Shown: positions 40,992 to 53,899 of the stretch, piece after piece
Position numbering within the stretch: position 1 is the first letter of the stretch
Layout: every line of letters starts with the position of its first letter
From: Octopus sinensis
Taxonomy: Eukaryota
NCBI RefSeq assembly: GCF_006345805.1
Contig: NW_021833452.1
Location: 24,270 to 88,269 of the forward strand
Length of the DNA stretch: 64,000 bases
Direction of reading: 5' to 3'
Translations under genes and position numbers: made by a program
Notes under the pieces: model-generated
Told to the model about the DNA's origin: nothing
What the model saw: only the letters and a program-made list of their open reading frames with translations
The model's database searches: none

Positions 40992-42664
40992 CTGCAAAAG
41001 ATATAAGAATAAGAAATAATTGCAACAACATTAACAATTATATGAAAGACGTGTACTGTAGGTTGTTATAAATATAACAAAGAAACTACATATGAGACTT
41101 AAAGAAATAGTTAAGAAACATGAAAAATATAAGACTTTGTTTACTATTTCTAAGGATGTTGACAACAATAAGAGAAGTTGAAATAAAGGCTGAAGACTGA
41201 GAAACAAATTTCAAAGATTGAATGAAAATTACACTTGAGAATATTTATGGTGAATAAATTGCAGGAGAAGTGTTTGTGAAGGCAAACGTGTATCAGAGCC
41301 TAAAGAATCAACATAAACCACCAACAATCGATTTGATCTCCTCATTCATTTTCTCAGCTCAATATTCCTGGCGGCGTCCTGACGATATTCCCTCAAGTAC
41401 TTCCTCCATAAAGTTCTATCAGAAGCAATCGTCATTAGACTTTTTGGTTGGCTTCCCTAGCATAAACGGCTAAGTCGATGGATATAATCCGACCATCTCA
41501 TTACTGGTCTAACCCTGGGGTCCATCTCTGTTGGCACAGTTTGAGGAATCTTTCCTCTGACATTCTCATCACATCTCAGTAATACTGGAGCTGTGACCTC
41601 TCAATGCAGAGAAGTAGCAGTTTAACATGACCAATGCTTAAATAGTATGGTGTGATGCCTTACCTTCTTTGGATTATTAATATAATATTGTCAGGAACAT
41701 CTCATATATTATAGAAGAAGTATTCTGTCTGGATGACGCATAATAATAATAATTTATTTCACTGGATCAAGGCCATCAATTTAGAGAGCAGCTGATTATG
41801 GAAAGTTCTTAATGTAAATATACGAAGAGTTTTAGTTCGCAGGAAAGAAGACTCACGAACATCTACAGGTGAGTGAAGTGTGATCCTCAACTAGATGAAC
41901 ACTGATACCTTATTAAATAATTTAGAAGGTGTAATAGTGTTGACAGTCCACATACAGATAATGGTGGCTTAGAACTGACGAATTGATCCTTGAGGCTTTT
42001 ATGTTGATAAAGTAGATCGTGATGAATGAAAACATCTTCATCGACATTTTCAAAGAAAGATAGTTTGACATTGTAAGTATTGTCTGGAAGACACAAACTA
42101 ACCCTAACTCGTCCAATTTTGGTACCTTCTAATATGGAGACATCATTTTTAAGTTAAAATTTTAAGCCTAAGCAACAATAGCACATTTCCTTTTTCTGGA
42201 GCTAGACTCGACTCTTTTCACCGAAAGAAGAAAGATATTGAGGAAACAGTAGTTGGGGCCATGGTGAAACTTCACTATTTCTTGTCGAAACCAATGCTTC
42301 TGGTTTTGCAATGGCTGCAACAGTAAATCGGGGAAGAATATCTATTGCTTTTTTTCTCTCACATGTCTTGAAGGATCCTGAGTTGAAACATCCTTCCGTT
42401 GAAAAAGAAACTTCCTTAATCATAGAGTCTATACACTATTAGAAGCATATGAGTTGGAATTCCTTGCATCTTACACAATGATCCTAACAATGGTCGTTTC
42501 AAGAAGAATCGAACTCAAAGTCTTTTGCTGGAATAAACGAGACTTATTCTGGTTGTTAACTTCCTTACAGATACCAAGCACCAAAATTTAGTAAAAATAT
42601 AAGACACAGAAAGACATTGTAATTAACCCACCTGTTTATCCTTAAACAACATTGTGTTTTACAG

Positions 42665-44080
42665 TTCTATATTTAAGAGATGAGGAATTATTTACATTTG
42701 ATGGATATTTCTCCTCATCTTGTTTGTTGTTAACACGCTCCAGCTGATATACCCTCCAGTCTTCTTCAGATGTCTTGGGGAAATTTCGAACTTGGGTTCT
42801 CATTCCTAAGGTATTTTTTTATGTTGTTGTTATTATTATTATTATTATTATATTATTATTATTATTATTATTATTCAAGTAACTGCCTGGAATTGAACTC
42901 GGAGTTATGGGGTTAGTAGCCCATTACACCATATGCATGTGTTTTGCTAATTTATCCATTTTATCAGACATTCTAACCTCAATTTTATTGAATTTTATTT
43001 ATAGCTTTAATATAATTCCTTCACAGTTAACATTTCGAATGGAAATTAAGAATGGAATCTGTTCTCAGTCATTCTGACATTCAAAAGCTCAGCTGATGGT
43101 AAAATTTACAGAAATCAATAAGTATTGTTATTTTATACTCACCAACTTTCCACCATTCACCACCTAACCGAAGTGCCACTTTCAGGAGATCCTTCTCTTC
43201 CAGTTTTTGAGAATCTGAAATAAATACCTGCATGGTTTACATTTTATAGTAATTTTTTTTAATGTTTATTAATAAAATAATAAGCACCATCCGAAAATGG
43301 CCGATACCGGTGCCGCCTTGACTGGGTTCCGTGCTGGTGGCACGTAAAAAGCACCAACTGATTGTGGCCGTTGCCAGCCTCCCATGGCATCTGTGCCGGT
43401 GCACATAAAAAGCACCCACTACACTCCCGGAGTGGTTGGCGTTAGGAGGGGTATCCAGCTGTAGATACACTGCCAGATCAGACTGGGGCCTAGTGCAGCC
43501 TCCTGGCTTCCCAGACCCCGGTCGGACCGGCCAACCCATGCTAGCATGGAAAGCGGACGTTAAACGAACGAACGATGATTGCAACACACACCTGCTTAAA
43601 CAACAACCAATCAACAAAAATGCAAAACAAAGAATAACAGTCATTAATTCACCTGTTCAAACTTAAACAACAGCATATTTTACTCCTGTCTTCCAAAAGA
43701 CAATATTAACTCTATTGTATCTTCTAATTTATCCATTTTAAACAACTGTGCTAACTTTATTTACATTCGACGGATATTTGTTCTCATCTTGTTTGTTGTT
43801 AACATGTTTCGGCCTAATGACCCTCCAGCCTTCTTCAGGTGACTTGGGGAAATTTCGAACCTGAGTTCTCATTCATAAGGTGGTGGTTGATGTTGTTCAG
43901 GTCACTGCTTGGAATCGAACTCAGAATATTCGGGTTAGTAGCCCGCGCTCTTAACCACTACGCCATATGCCCGTGGGCATATCTGCCGAAACGTTGTGTT
44001 AACAACAAACAAGTTGAGGACAAATATCCGTCAACTGTAAATAATGTACATAATTCCTCATCTCTTAAATATAGAACGTG
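42665..44080. mobile_element. Two copies (42665-42940, 43755-44080) of a PLE/SINE composite repeat with degenerate hammerhead-like core
   Basis: ccctccag..ttcttcag.tg.cttggggaaatttcgaac in both; the minus strand reads CTGAAGAAGGCTGG...GCCGAAAC. Confidence 0.6.
43143..43214 (-). CDS. Coding exon 12, death domain helices 1-2 (DSQKLEEKDLLKVALRLGGEWWKV)
   Basis: tttcag/GTGAGT, 72 nt, phase 1->1; L..VA..LG..W..[V/L]G death-domain signature. Confidence 0.88.
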
Positions 44081-44250
44081 CTAACGCTGTTCATGAAGTT
44101 TCAGTAATATCGTGAATAGAATTATTTTTCAGTTAACCATTCAATTTGAATGTAGGAATGGAACTGTTCTCAATCATTATGATATTCAAAAAGGATGAGG
44201 TGATGGTAAAATTCATAGAAATCAAGGAGGTGTTGTTATTTGATACTCAC

Positions 44251-44301
44251 CACCTGGCTCTGTCTCTGTCTGGACTTCCTTCTCCTCAAACTTTGGACTC
44301 A
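44251..44301 (-). CDS. Coding exon 11, 51-nt microexon C (VSPKFEEKEVQTETEPG)
   Basis: tttcag/GTGAGT, symmetric phase 1. Confidence 0.82.
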
Positions 44302-44965
44302 CTGAAATAAACACTTCAAAGTTTTACACATTGTTCTATGATTGCCTTATCTTTATTAACAATCTGTATTTCATTATTGGGAGTACAATGACACACTGCC
44401 TGCGAGGTCAATACCAAATATGTGTATAGCGTCTGATTAATGAACATGCAAACTTCATTACAATGAATATGATTGTCTCTCAGCAATGGTCGACTATGCT
44501 TTTGGTCAATATTTTTTGTACTTTTTACTCACCTTTTTAGTTACTGCTTCAAAAGACAATATTATCTCTAGTGCGTCTTCTAATTTATCGATTTTATGAC
44601 ATTTCAGTAATATCTTTAATAGAATTACGGAGATGTACTTGCATAGCAAGTGACCTGATGAGAGATCGTGTGCTGGAACGAAAACAATTGCAGCATGGAA
44701 GGTGTTTATAAGCCATTTAAGAAACACAAAAACCGTTAGATTCACTTCAACATTTAAATTCAATTTGTCAAAATATTTTCCTCGCTTTGAGACTGTGACC
44801 TGTTCACTGACACAACTCTGTGCTGCATTTAATAGAATTATTTTAGTTAACCTTTCAAATAGAAATTATGAACGGAATCTATTCTCAGTCATTCTGACAA
44901 ATAAAATGGCTGCGGTGAAAGTAAAAGTTATAGAAAGCAATTCGGTACTATCATTTTATACTCAC

Positions 44966-45016
44966 CAAATGGTTCTGCCACTGTCTGGACCCCCTTCTCT
45001 TTAAACTTTGGACTCT
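44966..45016 (-). CDS. Coding exon 10, 51-nt microexon B (ESPKFKEKGVQTVAEPF)
   Basis: tttcag/GTGAGT, symmetric phase 1. Confidence 0.82.
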
Positions 45017-46149
45017 CTGAAACAAGACAAATATTTCCAAGCTTTAAGTTAAAATGTTTCTTATTTGCCTCAAATTAGAAATCAAAGGAAATGGCTACTG
45101 TTCCTTTCAAACTTTGTCTTTCTGACCGGGGACGTTTTCAAACTGACCAATTTACCATTACATCTGAGACAGAAATATCCTTGTGTTCTGCTCTATACCA
45201 CAAATCTGTTTATCAATTGCCTGACCTTAACCACTTGAACGTGTCCCTTAATGGCTGACAATATGTGCATCTCTGATCATGAGCAGGAGTAGTGAGGGAG
45301 CATCAGAGATATGTGCTAAGAGGGGATTTGGGGATTTTTTAAAAATAAATATAACAAAAGCAAACTTTGAAGGAAATATTCGCCATTTTGCATAGATTCT
45401 CAGGTTAAGCAAACAGGAAATAACAGTTACTAGCCAAGGATAAATGTCGTGTTACACAGGGTAACTAGTATTTCATTATTGTGAAACTTTCTTATCATCA
45501 ATGGTTAAAGGTTGGTATTGTGTAACAGCCCAGCATTTAGATCCACGACAAAGTAGACTAACCTTCCTAAACCTCCCCACTTTAGTCCCTTAGTTTTGTA
45601 TTTTCTTATATCTGTGACACATCTATGACGTGTCATTGTCCTGTCTACTCTATACTTTACTAACAAACATTCCCCTCCTCTTCAGCTTAATTCCACCGTC
45701 AACTGAGTCAGTCATTGAGGATCGAGCCAAATATACGATACACCACATCAGGTAGGATAAACACACACTTGCTCTCTTTGTTAGACGTTGCTGCTGGTAA
45801 CCTTTAATTTGAACTTCCTGCATCACAGTTCACCAGAATATTATCTGAGTCAAGAAACATTTGAACACTCCTTAATAAAGAAGTTTTCTCTCCAGGTGAG
45901 CAATGATTAGATTTATACAGATGGAACAGCAGAAAGTGGTTTCAGGTGTCCTAAAACACTGTACACTTGTACAAAACATCATTAACTACACATAACTGTT
46001 CATCAACCCCATATTGCAATGAACATATCTGAAATGGTACGTAATAAATGATACTAAAGTATAAAGGTTATTTCTGTCAAACCTCATTTAGAAATTAATC
46101 AAATTTTGGGACCCTTTTGAGGTCCCTTTATCAATGACGTATACTTCAA

Positions 46150-46670
46150 TAAGGTGGAAACCTACTTACCAGAAAATTTGAGGATATAGTTGCTAGAATA
46201 AAAATTGGCTGGGTAAAGTTCAGAGATATTATTTTTGTTGGTAACAAAGGGCCTCTCCCTAAGAGTGGAAAGCAGATTGGATGAAAGATAGGCTGTGGAC
46301 ATAAAAGACATGCAAAGGGTTGGAGACAAATGAAGCCAACATGCTCCACTGGATGTACAACATCAGTGTTCAGGTAAGTCACAGTAGAAATATCTTAAGA
46401 GAAAATCTAGGTATAAGAGTCATCCGATGTAGAGTTCAAAAGAGAGATCTTTTATAGTATGGTCATGTGATGCATATGGATGAGGTGATCAGCATAAAGA
46501 GATGCGGATCTATAAATGTGGAGAGAACCTCAGGAGGACATGGGACAAATTGGTAAGAAATGATCTTCAGATGTTGGACCTCACACGGGAGGTGATTAAA
46601 ACGACTGAGACAATCAGTAATTCGCTGTGCATGGAAAGACCCACCTGGCTAAGTAAAGCTGAGGCCATAA
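46150..46670 (+). mobile_element. Degenerate RTE LINE 3' fragment
   Basis: ARIKIGWVKFR, GHVMHMDE and PRRTW-like remnants. Confidence 0.65.
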
Positions 46671-47114
46671 AGGTATGTCCTTCATGTGCATACCACCCGT
46701 CTTAAAACAAACCATCCGTCATACACCTAACAAACATTCCACGCTTCCCATCCTTCCAACACGCCTTTCCCCAACAAGATCCCCACCGGCTGCATACTTC
46801 CCCATGTACCTATCTGCATATATCTCTCGTTTGAATCTCTTCTCCTCAGCGTATCCTCTCAATACCCCAACCCTCTAGAATTCAATAGAAGGTAACAAGG
46901 TGTACAATGTTAGGTTAGGATACAAGGTGATGCTATCACAAAATAAGGTTAATATTTCTGACATACAAGGTAAAGAAAATTAATCAATGATAGCTAATTA
47001 ATTATCGTGTTAATGGTGTATATAGGCAGTTCAATGACACATACCCGAGAGTGCAATACTAAATATCTGTGTAGCTTATATATAAACAATCTATATAAAC
47101 AATAACTCTGAGCA

Positions 47115-47470
47115 CATTTTCAAACTTCACCCGTCTAACCCCCGGCGACATATTTACAAAGTCAGAAAACAGTACTGCTCCCATGACTTTCGGAAACATT
47201 TTTTCACGCTAAGAGTTGCTGAAGCATGGAACAAACTGCTGTTATCAGTTGTTAGTTGTCGGAGCACTGCATCCTTCAAAACATCCATGCTTCCCGAGAT
47301 TCGCCAACACTACACCTGATTCTCCCCTCCATACACACGCAAACATGTATCTGACTCATACATTGTTCGCTTTCCAGACATTTGTACATTACTGCATATG
47401 CTTTATACGCACTTTTGACAAGTTGTGGTGCACCTGAGCACTGTATACAATAATTTCATTATTATTATTT
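47115..47470 (+). mobile_element. CR1-like LINE 3' tail
   Basis: FRKHFFTLRVAEAWNKL motif followed by a UTR and (ATT)n tail. Confidence 0.7.
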
Positions 47471-47919
47471 TTTAATGAACATGTGACCTTCCTTATAACG
47501 AATATGATTGTGTTTCGGCACATTTGATATTATGGGAGTTCCACGAGCAACAAAAGAAAAATATTACCATATAGAGTGTCAAACACTTATAATTTATTAT
47601 CCTCGTTAAATAACAACGACCATGTTTCATGATCTAATCTGAACATAAGAATAAAGTCAGAACTAAAACCAAAATGTGAAAGGCTCAGAAAACTGTGCCT
47701 CTGTTAGCATCAATATCATCTAAAGACCAACAAATGTGAGTAACAGAATGTATAAATGGATGGTAAATGTTATCTAGACAATGTAGTAAATGTGTATTAT
47801 ATGCAGTTACCGACAAGGAATTGTGTGTTCTAGTCAAACTGGGAACCCATATTCTATTCCTATCTGTATATTTTATGTTCATACCAAAAGGTATTAACAT
47901 AAAACATACAGATAGGAAT

Positions 47920-48090
47920 AGGCACATGAGTGGCTGTGTGGTAAGAAGCTTGATTCCCAAACATATGGTTCCAGGTTCAGTCCCACTTCATGGTATTTTG
48001 GGCAAGTGTCTTCCACTATAGCCTCGAGCCGAGCAAAGCCTTTTGAGTGGACTTGGTAGATGGAAACTGAAAGAAGCCTGTTGTATATGT
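47920..48090 (+). mobile_element. SINE family A 5' half, followed by a Helitron-like 5' end at 48094
   Basis: Consensus head; TCtatatatataaaactgagaatgt matches the start at 7598. Confidence 0.8.
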
Positions 48091-49532
48091 ACATCTATAT
48101 ATATAAAACTGAGAATGTATATGTATGGTTGTCTGTGTGTGTGAATCCCTAAAACTAAAGAAGTACCCTGCCAATTTCATTCAAATTTTACACATGCCTT
48201 ACTTAGGGTCCATGGAGTGTCATGGGCGAAAAAAGTCTTCAACTTCTTGCCTAATGGGGGCCCAAGGGCGGATAAACCGCATTTCAAAGCATTTTGGGCA
48301 GCGTTAAAGCCCGTAACTTGAAGAGCATGCAGCCACTTTTCTCCAAATTTGCAACAAACATTAATCAGGCCCCTCGAAATGCTGTTGGCAAAAAACAATT
48401 TCAGAAGCCGACTATGAGTCCTCTACAAAATGCAGATTAATCAGATTTGAGTATACTACACTGGGTTTTATTGTGGTTTTGGGCCATTTTCCGCCGATAA
48501 AATATTGACAGTATTTATGCATTATAAGTAGCGTATAGTATTTTATGAAAAGCTTTTTGTCCAATTTGGCAGAGAAAACGGGAAGAACATTAAAATTTTT
48601 GATGCTGCTTGTTATCCCCGCACCACCGGGCCATGTACATGTGTGTCTGAGCGGCCAGGTAAATGCACGTATGAGTATGTGTGTGTACTTGTGTGTGCAT
48701 GGTTCGGTAAAGGCACAACAAACTCCAGAAGTGCCCTTTTGATGTTTCACGTTTCCAATCCCATGCAGTGCAGCATGGCCCAATAGCATGTCTGCTTTCT
48801 ATGTCATCCATATCTGAACTATACAATGCAAAATGTTCATACGAGAAAATAAACTGTTGTGACTTACAGTCATTCGAGTTTGACTGCGTGACCATTTCCG
48901 GAAGCTACGCTTGTCACCTACAATTAATCGACCTTGTGCCCCCCCCCCGTTTAGTTGGACGAGTAAATAAGGAATTAATTATGAATTGAGTGAAATTAGA
49001 CACATTTTTAAAACTCACTTCTATTTATGTTTATTATGTTTAAAATGTGTTAAAAGTGTACAAATTTTGAATGTTGTTTATAATTTTGTTTTCATTCCTG
49101 TTGGACCCCACAATTCTCAATTTGGCGGCAATCTTTTTCTTTACCTCCATTTCCAAGATTAAGCAACATATTACGACATACATCTGGCTGCATAACAGCA
49201 ACAACAACAATAACTTATCAGAAAACTTACAAAAGATCTTTATAGAAAAACAAACAACTTTCTTATTAACTCACACGTTTACACCTCAACAAAAATAGAT
49301 TTTAGTTCCCTCTTCCAAAAGACAATATTGAATCTAATTTATCCATTTTACCAACCATGTTAACCTTGACTTTATAAACTTTCAGTAACATTTTTGATAC
49401 AGTTACTTTACATCTAACCTTTCAAATGGAAATTAGAATTGGGATTTGTTCTCCACCATTCTAATAAGCAAAACAGCTCAGGTGAATGTAAAATGTATAG
49501 AAATCAATTAAGAGTTGTTATTTCATACTCAC

Positions 49533-49583
49533 CAACTCTCTTTGTCACAGTCCGCACTTCCTTCGTTTCAACCTTTGCAGTCT
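49533..49583 (-). CDS. Coding exon 9, 51-nt microexon A (ETAKVETKEVRTVTKRV)
   Basis: tttcag/GTGAGT, symmetric phase 1; flanking introns homologous to those of exons 10-12. Confidence 0.8.
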
Positions 49584-50575
49584 CTGAAATATGTGTTTCC
49601 AAGTTTTATACTTTATAGCAACAATTTTTTTTATATCTGTTAATCTATATTTTATCATTCTGAGACATTTGTAACATCAGTGGTCAACCAGTGATCCCTA
49701 TGGTTTTGGTCAATATTCCATGTAATCGGCCAGTATTTATGACTGACCTCCCTAAACATCCACTCTCTACCACGGCATCCTACATAGTCTAACGATGTAG
49801 CAGTTATCACATTTAATTATCGCTCAACATCAGATTGAATGTTAGTTGTACTGTTTCTTTTCTTATAACTGTGCCAAATTTTTACATGGCATCGTTCTCA
49901 AAGCTCTGGTCTTTGCTAACAACCTGCTTAATTCCAATGTCAACCAAGTAATTCATCAAAGATCTAGACATAAGCACATGTGACACCACTTTAAGGAAGA
50001 TAAACATACACCTGATCTCTCTGTTAAAAGTTGCTCCTGATAATATTTAATTTTAACTGCCCACTCTACCAGAATGTCATCTTATCCAGGACATACTTGA
50101 AGGTTTCATGATCTGATGTGCACATAATAATCAAGTGAGAACCAAAACCAAGAGTTGAGAGACAAACAAACCTGTGCTTCAATTGGCTTTAATATCATCC
50201 AAAAACCAACATACCAACAAGGAGTTGTGTATTAAAGTCTTTCAAATGGGGAACACAGTTTTACTCCCTTAAAATCTTCTGCTGAATTTAATAGTTTACC
50301 AAAGATGACAACGATGTCCTTGTAAGTACACAATTTATGCTCCATTAGTTTTGTTGCAGACTACAACCCCGTTGAAGTGTAACAAGTTTCTTACTTGGAT
50401 AAAGACAATGTTTAGTGGATATCACTGAGAAGAGACACTAGGAACCCCTTTTGAGATAAATCTGCCAGATTATACTGACCTGGGTCTACGCAACAACATG
50501 AAGTACATTATTCTACACAATAAAGTCAATGAGACAAGCAGGACAAACAGACAGATCATCAAAAGATATTCTTAC

Positions 50576-50715
50576 CAACTTCACTTTTGCTTGTTACAAG
50601 TTTCCGACACTTCAGGCATCGTTGAAGTGGAACGATTGAACATTGCTTAGATATCAAAAGATGTTCGCATGGATGGTATTTTATGGTTGCTGTTCTATTT
50701 CTGCACCGCAAACAT
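50576..50715 (-). CDS. Coding exon 8, Mib/IAP-type C3HC4 RING finger (CLRCRNRTATIKYHPCEHLLISKQCSIVPLQRCLKCRKLVTSKSEV)
   Basis: cacag acceptor, GTAAGA donor, 140 nt, phase 2->1; C-x2-C-x11-C-x-H-x3-[S]-x2-C-x7-C-x2-C spacing. Confidence 0.9.
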
Positions 50716-51076
50716 CTGTGCAACAAAATACAAATATATCAGGCCAAAATATTCATTTATAACAAATATTACATTGTGTGCATGTTTACAGAAGAGAAAA
50801 TTAGGACAAAATACAATGACAAGTAAGAGGACACCAAAAATTCTTTATACAGTTACACAGCGGCAGCTTTGTGCGTAGCTATATGGCACAAACACACACA
50901 CACACACATGCAAACACACAAATTGATGAATACTTGTCTTGACTCTGACACATCATAAGAAATGTCTGTTACACATTCACTACTTGTATTCCAGAAATAT
51001 ATTTCTAACATCAAACTCGTTTATTCTGAACAGATATATTTACACAGCTTTCTTTATATTCACATACTTTATTATG

Positions 51077-51126
<50 letters not shown>

Positions 51127-51139
51127 TAATAATAATATT

Positions 51140-51391
51140 CTCTTTTACTCTTTTACTCGTTTCAGTCATTTGACTGTGGCCATGCTGGAGCACCGACTTT
51201 AGTTGTGAAAATCGACCTCAGGACTTATTCTTTGTAAGCCTAGTACTTATTCTGTCGGGCTCTTTTGCCAAACTGCTAAGTTACATGTGCGTAAACACCC
51301 CAGCATCTGTTGTCAAGCGATGCTGGGGGACAAACACAGACACACAAATATACACACACACGCACGAACACACACGCACACACACACGCAC

Positions 51392-51430
<39 letters not shown>

Positions 51431-51601
51431 CATATATACGACGAGCTTCTTTCAGTTTCAGTCTACCAAATCCACTCAAGAGGCTTTGGTCAGCCCGAGT
51501 CTATAGTAGAAGACACTTGCTTAAGGTGTCACGCAGTGGGACTGAACCCGGAACCATGTGGTTCATAAGCAAGCTGCTTACCACACAGCCACTCCTACGC
51601 C
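51140..51601 (-). mobile_element. SINE family A, full length
   Basis: Consensus match. Confidence 0.9.
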
Positions 51602-52620
51602 TAAGATTGAATTATGTAAAATAGAAGAAATTATCTATAAATAGAAGTCTGCTCCGGTATCCAAACCTCAGTTTTATTATGACAACCATCTAATTGTCAC
51701 ATATATATATATATATACATTATAAAACACGTTATTGCATTTAATCTGGTTAACAAGTATTCTATGCTTAAACATTCGGTTATGAATTGTATGGATGGAC
51801 GACAGAACACAATCACCATGGCATCATGTACGGGAGAACATCATGTATGGTAGCAACACAAGTCACTATTCTAACATAGAACAATGCCCTGAGAACTGCC
51901 TACAATGTATGTGTGTGTGTGTGTGTGTCGTGTGAGTGTGCTAAAGCCGAAAACTCTTTGAAGGTTAATGTGTTGAATACAGTGAATGCCATGTTTGGAT
52001 GTGCCATCAAAGCCTTACTACCCTACTTACCTCCTGAAGATCCCAGACCAATAAAAGTTACATAATGGTTCTATGGTTGAAGGACTGTGGGAAATGGTCT
52101 AACTCCCAAATTGGATTATTCAGTGTCTGACGCATGTGACTTTACTGTGCCATCGCTATTGAAAAAAATCTGGCCGTTACAAAGGGAAATTTCAGAAAAT
52201 CCGCTGATGCTTGTCAATTGAATAAAACAAAACTATATTTATACAGACCAAAATCAATATCTATAAACAATAACTGAATTTCAACAGACAAAGAAAGCTA
52301 AGTATATTCTCTAAGGGGAAATGTGTCCGTTTCATTAGTAGCAAATACAGAAAAAGATGTATGGCAATGAAATTGCTAAATCTTACAAAATACGGGAGTC
52401 TAAGGGTCTAAGGCGACTAAAACACCTAGTAATGGAATATGTGTTATTTGAATTATTTCTTTCCTGCAGTTTTTTTTCTGTGAAGATATGTGGCAATGTT
52501 CCTCAGTGTTTGTAGAAATATGTATGTATGTATGTATGTATGTATGGATGTATGTAAGTATGTAGGTATGTATGTAAGTATGTATGTATGTATGTACGTA
52601 TGCATGTATGTATGTATGTA

Positions 52621-52668
<48 letters not shown>

Positions 52669-52893
52669 ATTAGGGAGTATAACTCCAAACTTACAGGGAA
52701 AATTTAGAATTAAATCAAATTTCACAATATAAATATAAAAATTTAATTAGAGATTTACTTATTATATATTGATCATTCACTTTTATAATTTTTGAGATCT
52801 AGTTATATGTTTTATAAAAATATATTTGTTATTTATGTTTTGGTTCATGTCTATCACTGTTTGAGTTGCATAATAGTGGTTTTATCTCTAATT

Positions 52894-52939
<46 letters not shown>

Positions 52940-53409
52940 GTATATATATACATATATATATATAAATATGCACTGTTGGTGTGTGTTTGTAGGTTATTTC
53001 CTTATGAAATCTTTCAGAATAATGACTGATTGGGACATAGAAGATTGAGAAAAAAATATGTTGGTAGACAGATAAATTCCACTTATTTCTAAGTAAACAA
53101 TTTCAAAATGTATTCATTCTCTTCATTATTTAGTTCTACATTTTCCTATTAGTCACAACTCTTTAAAATTGGGAATGAAGAGAGGTTGACAGTGAGGCAC
53201 TTCTGTTGATATAATGTGAATATAATCACAATCGTGTTTTTTCTTTGATCACCTAACAACTGAATATCATTTATTGTGTGACCTTTGATCAAAACACTAG
53301 TGACAGTATAATATATTGGCAGAATTAAAACTAAATAAACATATAAACAGGATTATTTAGGAAATAGAAAATATACTGGTTTATCTTGTCATTGCCAGGA
53401 AATACTTAC

Positions 53410-53585
53410 ACTGGGGGTAAAAATGTTTGTAATTTTTCTCTCAAATTTGAATTCTTAATGAGGTCCAATGGTGTGTTATTCTTGTCATTTTTATAGTAAA
53501 AGTCGGCTCCCTGACCGGCTAGATATCTAGCCACCACAGTGCCAGAGAGCCTTTCTTCCTTTCTCAGGTCCAGCTCATTGCAGTA
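53410..53585 (-). CDS. Coding exon 7, terminal ankyrin repeat (YCNELDLRKEERLSGTVVARYLAGQGADFYYKNDKNNTPLDLIKNSNLREKLQTFLPP)
   Basis: tttgtag acceptor, GTAAGT donor, 176 nt, phase 0->2; resembles the Mind bomb 'IACFLA..GAD....N..G.SPLDL' segment. Confidence 0.9.
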
Positions 53586-53899
53586 CTACAAATGATGAAA
53601 TATAAAATGATAATAGTATTACACAAATATTCATAACAGATGTCCCCACAACAGTTCAAATAAATCTACTCATAGATTTCGTTTTTGGATTTGGTTTGCA
53701 AGATTCTTTATGTGAGTTCGTGTGTTGAAGCATATGCTGTTGTCTGGGGAGAGTCATTCTCTTTTAGTGCCTTATAATTTAGGAAAATAAAGAAGGCGTT
53801 AAGTGGAAATTTTACCGGTGAGTGTGTTAAATTATAAGACACTAAAAGAGAAGAAATCTCCCCACACACAACAGTACTCATAGATTGTTTATCCAGTAA

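Noticed and set aside
41200-42580. Possible coding sequence in the last intron
   Set aside because: Only short broken frames with faint LINE-like remnants; cannot be classified.
51760-51905. Possible extra exon between the last ankyrin exon and the RING exon
   Set aside because: In-frame stops; exons 7 and 8 already join in phase.
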